64,000 bases of DNA, taken from contig NW_005434668.1 of the NCBI RefSeq assembly GCF_000315625.1, positions 623,523 through 687,522 of the forward strand, read 5' to 3'. The notes beneath the pieces were generated by a model that saw only the letters and a list, made by a program, of their open reading frames with translations, did not search any database and had not been told where the DNA came from. This document shows positions 56,763 to 64,000 of the stretch, one piece after another. Position 1 is the stretch's first letter; every line of letters starts with the position of its first letter. Origin of the DNA: Guillardia theta CCMP2712 (Eukaryota > Protista > Cryptophyta). A program made the translations under genes and the position numbers.

Positions 56763-59700
56763 ATGCGGCGGAGAGCGTGGGCGATGACGGTGGCGATGAT
56801 GCTGATCAGACGGCTGGAAGGAGGAGGAGGAGGAGGAGGAGGAGGACGAGGGCCCTTGCACCTCTCTTCCTTACCGCCATCCCTCTCCTCCCTCTCCTCC
56901 CTCTCCCCCGCTGGTTTTGTTGGGCCTGCAGCGCCATTGTTCGCAATGAGCACGGTGGGGCATGCCTTGCTCCGAGGAAGAATGCGCCTTAGCGGAGGAA
57001 GCGAAGAATCAGACAAGACAACCATGAGAAAGAAACGGACGAGGGAGGAGATGCTTTCCCCTCAGCTGCCCTCCTCTCGAAGAGCACTCTCCCTCTCATC
57101 CTTCTCTACATCGTCGCCAGGGCCTGAACAAAGTGCTGATTTTCATCCAGAAACAGGACTTCAAGGAGAGGAGCTCCCCCCTCTGCTCGCGGCATGGGTA
57201 GACAGGCTCCCTCAAGATCTTCTTGAAGTGCTCAGGGTGATCGAGGAGGAAGGAGGTGGACGGGTTTGGCTTGTGGGAGGCTGCATACGGGACTGCCTCG
57301 CAGGCCTCATGCCTTGGGAGATCGACTTGGCGACGACCCTGGAGCCTTCGGAGATGCTTCGCCTCTTCCCTCGAGCTCTCGACACGGGCAGCCAGTACGG
57401 CACAGTGACGATTAGAAAGGGAGGAGTCAGCGTGGAAGCGACCACGTACGTTGTTTGACTGACGGCCCTAAATGATGAACCCCAAACTTGTTCTTGTCTA
57501 TGTCCAGTCCATCGTGTCACTTACGACATGCTCGTTCAGGCTGCGAGCTGACGGGACTTACGGTGACGGACGTCGACCAGAGACAGTGACCTTCGGGCGA
57601 TCCCTGAAAGAAGACCTGTGACACTCCCTCATCCCCAACCATCCTTGTCCTTTCCCTTCCTCTTCCTTTCTCTCTTCTTCTCTCTCCCTCCTCCCTCCAT
57701 CATATTCTTCCTCTTTTTCATTTCCGATCACTCCTCCTTCCCTTCTCTACCTGCTCGTTCCCCCAGCCCATTCGTTTCTATTCCTTCTCCTGTCTTGTTT
57801 TTTGACAATTTCTCCTTCTCTACCTCCTCTCACCAACTCCGTATTCGCCTTTCAAATTTTTTGCATTCGTTTTTCTTCCTCTTCCTCTGCTTTCACAGTA
57901 TCAGCAAGCAATTTTTGCCTCCATTCCTCCCTCGATCACCGAGTCATGCTCTTGCTGCCTCGGATCCTCTTACCCTTGTTTTCAGGCTACGCCGAGACTT
58001 CACTATCAATGCGATGGCGGTCGATGTGGGGCGGAGGAAGCTATTTGACCCGTGGGGGGGGCAGGTGCTTCTCGCGCCCGCTCGCACTCGATCTCATCCT
58101 CCTTCAGCACGATGTGAAGCAGAGTATTCTCCGAGCTGTCGGGGATGCCAAGGAAAGGCTGCGAGAGGATGGGCTTCGAGCAATGCGAGCATATCGGTGA
58201 GCTGCTGCAGGTGTGATGGAGGAGGCGGACAGAAGCTGAGCCGCCGCAGGTTCATGGACGGCAAGTCCGGGCAGAGACACGCGGACGAGTCGCTGCGAGT
58301 AGCTCTAAGAGGATCGTCCAAGCTGCTGGCTCGCGTCTCCAAGGAGAGAATCTGGACTGAATTCTCAAAGATCCTCGCGGGCCCTCGAGCCCCGCTCGTC
58401 GTTAGGAGGATGGCAGAGGATGAAGTCCTCAGCTCCGTGACGCTGCTCCCTGTCTCTCCGCGCGGCCTTCGTGCCCTGGAGTGTCTTAGCTGCAAGGACC
58501 TGCCCCTCTGGGCTGAGCAAGCGACGGAGATGGAGAGCTCGCACAAGGTTCAGGTCGCTCAGTATGACAAGCAGCTGACGGGAAGGCAGTCGTACAAGGA
58601 AGATGTTCTGATGAACCCCAAGCCTCCCAAGAAGCCTCAGGTCACGTGAGCACATGACGATGCCAGCTGACGACGCCAGCAGCCTCACTCGCACTACGCC
58701 TTCATCGACTTTGAGGCGACGTGCGACGATAGGAGAGGTGAAGTTGGGGTAATTGAGTGGATAAAGAGAGTGGGGCAGAAAGCAAGGAGGAGGGAGGAGG
58801 GAGGAGGGAGGAGGGAGGAGGGAGGAGGGAGGAGGGAGGAGGGAGGAGGGAGGAGGGAGGAGGGAGGAGGGAGGAGAGGTCTGCGAGGGCTTGTGTGTGC
58901 AAGGAGAAGGAAGCTGAGGCCATGCCAGGCTTCTCGCCCTCAGAGATCATCGAATTCCCCGTCGTCCTCGTTGAGTCCGCCTCGGGAAAGGTCTGTGAGG
59001 GCAAGTAGGAAGAAAACCCAGCTGAGTTCGAGCAGGTTGTGTCTGAATTTCACAGCTTTGTGAGACCGCGAGTTCATCCGTTCTTGACTGATTTCTGCCA
59101 AGAACTCACCGGCATCAAGCAGAAAGATGTCCTCTTTCTTCTTTTCTTGCTCTCATGCTCTCTCCTCGATCTGCCTTCGTCTCTTGTCTTCAATCGTCTC
59201 TCCTCCCCTATCTTCGCCTCGCGTTCTCTTCTCTCCTCTGCTCATCTCCTCTTCCCTGATACATCTACTTGTGCCTTTCCTCTATCATATCCTCCCCCAT
59301 GTTGTTCTCATAGGTGGTCAGGTCGACTCGGCCCCGGAGTTCAAGGAAGTTCTTGCCAACATGCTGGTCTGCTCGTTTCGCTTGATCGTGTGCTCAGCTA
59401 CTGCAGGACTGGTTGGCTGAGCTGGGGCTGCCGGAGGGGTCGGTCATGTTTGCAACTGATGGCGACTGGGACCTTCGCTCGATGCTGCCCAGGCAGTGCG
59501 AGCTGGCGGAGGTGCCGCAGCCTGTGGCCCTTCAGCGTTGGGTTGACATCCGGCGAGTCTTCTCCGAGACCCTTAAGACTGGAAACAAGGTGAACAGCAG
59601 CTGGGGAAAGAGAAGTGGAAGTGACTTGCCGGGGAAGGGGCTGATGAGCATGTGCCAAGCGCTGGGAATCAACTTCGTCGGGCAGGTGGGGGGGTGAGGG

Positions 59701-61243
59701 GCAGCTGGAAGTTGAGGTGGACGGGAGCTGAATGAGGAAGGGGGGAAAGGGATTGAATGAGGAAGGGGGGAAAGGGATTGAATGAGGAAGGGAGGAAAGG
59801 GATTGAATGGACAGGCTCAGGCTCACTCGGGGATCTGCGACGCTCGAAACATCGCAAGAGTAGGTCTGGTGCTTATGCAGGTGAGGAGGAGGAGGAGAAT
59901 GAGGGGAAGGAGAACGAGAAGGAGGAGAAGGAGAACGAGAAGGAGGAGAAGGAGAAGGAGGAGAAGGAGTGTGGTTGGTGTGTTGGGGGGAAGCTGTCAA
60001 GAGCAGTACAGAGGCTCAAGAGGTCCGAGGGAAAGAGGGGGAAGGAAGCAATCTGATATGAAAGATGAGAAGATGGAAGTGAAGCAGAGGCGAGAGGAGA
60101 TGAGGGCAGCAGAGGGAGTGAGAGAATGTGTTTTCTTACTGCGAGATAGGAGCATGATGCCGTACTTTCGTCCAACAGTCAGATCAAGGGTGACCCTCAT
60201 GCTCTTCCCTCCTCCTCTGCGTCTCTGCCGCCTCCTCGTCCTCGTCCCCTTGCCTATTTCCTCACTCACTTGCGACTAGAACTAGACTCCAGCAGGAAGG
60301 AGCAGACGGTGGAGGAGGCCGGTGAGACTGGTGAGGCTTCAATGATATCCGCTTGGTCTGACGACAAGAAGCGACCTACGATGAGCAGCGAGAAAGCTCG
60401 ATCTGCGCGCGCATGTCACTCCTGGTTGCACATGTGAGGAGCTGATGTTTCCCTCAGCTTCGTCTTGTTGTCTCATGCTAGTCCAGGTGGGCTTTGCCGA
60501 GCTTGAAGACGCTCTTCGTAGGATGAAGCTGTGGGGAGCAATTCTCTTCCTCCTCCTCTGAGCGTTTGTCAGGTCGCGAGACGAGATGAGGAGAGTCAGG
60601 ACGCACGTGAAGCTCCTCGGCTTCTTGCCGCATCCTCGCAGCCCAGGAGAACTTCGTCGCTACCGTGCTATTCTCGGCTCTCAGCTCGTCAAGATCCAAG
60701 TACAGTCTACGTCCTCTTCCTCTTCCTCTTCCTCTTCTCCCTGCGTGGTGACACCCGTCCAGTTAAAGTTGGAAGCCGCTTGGGCAGCAGCAGATGAAAG
60801 CGAGGAGAAGGAGAAGAAGATGGTGAGTGGAGGAGCAGGCTTCCTCGACTGATGCTTGCTCAGCGACTAGTGGAAGACGTGGAGCGTGAACTCTCAGCTC
60901 TGCCTCCTCTCAAGGCTCCCAACAGTCCACAGCCTCTTGTCTCAGGTTAACCTCCCCTGCAAGAGCCCAGCTCAACCTCAGCAGGAACGTGGCTGATGAA
61001 GGTGGGGGGAGTCGCTCCTGGGCCACTGGTGGGTCGTCTGAAGGATTATCTTCATTACTGCCAGGTCCTCGTCCCCCCCCCTCCTCTTGTCTCAAGTTCC
61101 ATCAGGTCGATCAAGACCTCGAGACTCCCGAGCAGGTCCAGCAAGTCTTCCACGACATCGAGCTGCTCGCCCGCGACATGGATCAGCTCTCCTACTCTGC
61201 GCACTTGGAAGGCCTTCCGCGCCTCCAGTGGCCACCAGCGTGA
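56763..61243 (+). CDS. Class II CCA-adding tRNA nucleotidyltransferase with an internal ERI1-type DEDDh 3'-5' exonuclease domain
   Basis: Head: VGGCIRDCL..EIDLAT, VEATT|LRADGTYGDGRRP, RRDFTINAMA, EDGLRAMRAYR|F, VSKERIWTEFSKIL. Exonuclease (58683 to about 60190): IDFEATC, EIIEFP, FHSFVRP..LTDFCQELTGIKQ, TDGDWDL, HSGICDARNIA. CCA body and tail resume: RRMKLSRDEMRRV, PLVSGTWLMKVGGVAPGPLVGRLKDYL...LPRLQWPPA*. Confidence 0.8.
58785..58878. repeat. Intronic (GGAGGAG)n purine repeat
   Basis: Directly visible. Similar GA/CT tracts occur in other introns at about 59730-59810, 59885-59970 and 61960-62085. Confidence 0.85.
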
Positions 61244-61258
61244 GCTGCCCGACCTCCT

Positions 61259-61389
61259 CTAGTCCGACCCGAAGAGAAGAGAAGCCGCGAGCTCCGGGTT
61301 GCCGTTGGTTCCTCGCAGAGCTGCTTTAGCTTGATCGCGCGTGAACCCCATGTCTACCAAGCTCTGAATAGCTGACTCCGGAAACTCAT

Positions 61390-61430
<41 letters not shown>

Positions 61431-62042
61431 CCCGCTGCTCCTTGGCCAACCACGCCTGCGCACGATGATCATGTAAAAGCGAACTTGAGGCAGCGAGACC
61501 TTGCTGCTTGTCCTCCATCTCGACGTCTTGTCCCGCTTCTTCGATGCGGAGGTGCTTCGGGATATCACCCTCTCCCAGGAAGCTGCACGTGACAGCAACG
61601 AGGTGTCAGGATTTGCTAGACTTCGAGGAAGTAGGAGAAAAGAGAGGTAGTAGAAGAGAGAAGTAGGAGGAGAACGGCTCACGGGACTGAGCAGGCGTCG
61701 CAGGAGAGAACATTGTTCTTGAGGTCGATGCACATCTTTCATAGATCAGCTCAAGTCACTTCGCCTGCGTCTCACCTGATGTCTCCGCAGGTTGTCAAGT
61801 CCAAAGAGAAACTCCATCGACTGATCCTCCAGCACTGTGATGGAGATGGTGATGAACATGTCCCCGAGTTTCATTCCTGCCGCATGTACACGGCCGATGA
61901 TCTTCGAGGTCCCAACTCCCTTCGCTACCCCCGCATATCCTGCGACCACTCGTCACTTCCCTCCTGCTCTCCCTCTCCTGCCTGTCTCTCCTGCTCTCCC
62001 TCTCCTGCCGGTCTCTCCTGCTCTCCCTCTCCTGCCTGTCTC

Positions 62043-62086
<44 letters not shown>

Positions 62087-63664
62087 TCCTTTCCTCCCAA
62101 TCTCTCTTACGGTAGTCGATGAGGCGCATCAAACCCAGGCGTTCGGCGCAGGGCTGCACGAGGGTGAGGCACGAGGGAGAGAGGCGAAGGAGGCAGAGCA
62201 AAGGCATAAGCACAAGACTGAGACGCGAACCTTTGACATGATAGTGCTCTGAGCGCCGCTATCCACAAACGCCTTGACTGGTCTCTACGAGACAATGTGA
62301 GAGAGGAGGAGGAAAGAGGAGGGAGGAGGGAGGAGGGAGGAAGCATTCAAGAAAGGTGGGGAAGTTGAGTACCCCATTGACTTCGCAGTCTACGTACAGC
62401 ATGACAACGCGCCCGAAGGCCTCTGGGTTGAACTCCATAGCCTGCTCGAGGTTTTGATTGACATTCTCCATGCGGATCGCTTCCTCAATCTCTTTCTGCA
62501 TTTCACAGCAGCTCAGGATCAACACGATGCGATTGGGTGGGAGGAGGAAGGGAGAATCACAGATGACGTGGGAAAGCAAGGGAAAGGTCCACCTGAGCCT
62601 CCACATCGAACGGGTCAGCGTTGAGTCGCATGATGGCTGCGGCTTTCTTCCTCTCGTTCTCCATCTTCTCCTTGTAGATTCCCGCGAGGGTCTGAGTGAC
62701 CTGCGGCAGACACACTCAGCTCGGGTGTGAGCAGGGAGAGCAGAAGAGACTCGGTCAACGTCGCCAGCAGCCAGGCTCTCTCCTAGTTCCCGGTTGTTCT
62801 CTTGCACGCGGCTGAGCAAGCGAGGATCCTGTGCGACAGTCGCCAGCAGTTGCTGGGCCTCATTTCGAAAGCGCTGAAGCGGATCCATGCTTCCAAGAAT
62901 CTGCTGCAGCATGCTTCTCTGTGAAATCGGTCCGGATGCTCGCGTGCGTCGGAGCATGAGCATGTCGTAGTTCTGGACGGAGGCCTGACGAAGCGACAGG
63001 CTGTTGACCAACGACTTACCCTCTCGCAGCAAGTCCTGCTCTCTAAGGGGCACACCGAACTCAACTTCAAGAACCGCCTTGACGTTCTCAACCGTCTCCT
63101 CGTGCTCAACTTCGATGCTTCGAACTTCTCCCTGTTCGTCTGTGACGCTCACGGTGATCGTCGCTCCCATTCCCGCACTCGACGGGGGCAAGTCAGCCGG
63201 TGCTGCTGGCTGGCTGGCTGGCTGGCTGGGAGGAGGAGGAGCTTGGCACGAGTTGCCTACCGAATCCTGACAAGAGAATCGTCTGTCAAAGATGATGGAG
63301 GAGTGAAGTAACGAAGAACGAGCGCCAAGGAAAAGGACAGAGGAAGAGGGCGGCAGACCAGGAAGGGAATGGGTATAAAGCATGGGCATGGGCATGGGCA
63401 TGATAGTGAGGGAACAGGTGACGTCACCGTTTTGGCCTTTGACTTCATTGCAACTACAGTAGCACCATCTGCAATGCCCAGCTCGTCAATGCGCTTCGAG
63501 TCATCAGACAAGATTTGCCCCTTGAAGATCAGCATCGTTATCGTCCCCTGCTGATCAGCTGGAAGCAAACGAGAAGCTTCTTGCCGGAGATCCCCAACCA
63601 CAGCAGAGGGAGCAAGCTCAACATCGAACTGCTCTTTGGAAACAGTCCTCAAGCTCACCCTCAT
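61259..63664 (-). CDS. DDI1: DNA-damage-inducible 1 (UBL-HDD-retroviral protease-UBA) with an extra N-terminal UBL
   Basis: [19 protein letters not shown]|[17 protein letters not shown] (aspartyl protease D-S-G), [31 protein letters not shown], and [40 protein letters not shown]. Confidence 0.9.
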
Positions 63665-64000
63665 CTACAACATATTTACAAGTCAGACAAACTTCCTTTC
63701 TCTAGGGCCAGGCCCAATCGTTCTCTCGCCTTCTCCTTCTCATCCATTTGTCCTCATTCCTCTCTCCTTCATCCACCCCCTCCTTCCTTTCTGCGCTCCC
63801 GTTGGCTTCTCGCTTGTTCCTTCCTCTATAGTTGGCTCCAGCTTCTATCTTTCTCTCTCTTGTTCTTTCCATTCTTCTCCTTCCTCTTCCTGTCACTCCT
63901 TCTGTTCTGTTCTGTTCTGTTCTGTTCTCTTCTCTTCTCTTCTCTTCACTTTTCTCCCTAGCTGTGCTCTTATCTGTCCATGTGACTCATCACCCTCATA

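Noticed and set aside
61750-62400. Retroviral-type aspartyl protease as evidence of an LTR element
   Set aside because: It is the RVP domain of the host DDI1 gene, flanked by UBL and UBA domains and interrupted by introns.

Overview
Eukaryotic, gene-dense nuclear DNA with many short (about 40-60 nt) spliceosomal introns. The style suggests a cryptophyte alga such as Guillardia theta (inference, not verified). I reconstructed about 25 protein genes by manual splicing, plus one tRNA-Gly(TCC) and a 100-N assembly gap. Recognisable products: mitochondrial carrier, RRM protein, PDZ protein, ankyrin-repeat protein, TXNDC15-like protein, CFAP70, COPI-associated membrane protein, FHA+RS protein, WD40+HEAT protein, SWEET transporter, EcKinase-like phosphotransferase, 10-repeat filamin-type protein (one frameshift), MFS transporter, Rab escort protein, tubulin cofactor C, RluA-type pseudouridine synthase and DDI1. 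Five things stand out. (1) A class II CCA-adding enzyme carries a complete ERI1-type DEDDh 3'-5' exonuclease inserted between its body and tail, a candidate single-chain tRNA trim-and-add enzyme. (2) A type II transmembrane collagen with ADAMTS-like Cys motif, VWD(GDPH) and LamG-like domains. (3) A roughly 4 kb mosaic of CRE-like non-LTR retrotransposon fragments, each capped by the same end module. (4) Two recurrent intergenic sequence vocabularies: CCGG/pentamer-palindrome tracts, and GGGGTA/TACCCC tracts at divergent gene starts. (5) A DDI1 with a second, RAD23-like UBL domain. All splice models and family calls come from reading the sequence and recalled motifs; no searches were run.
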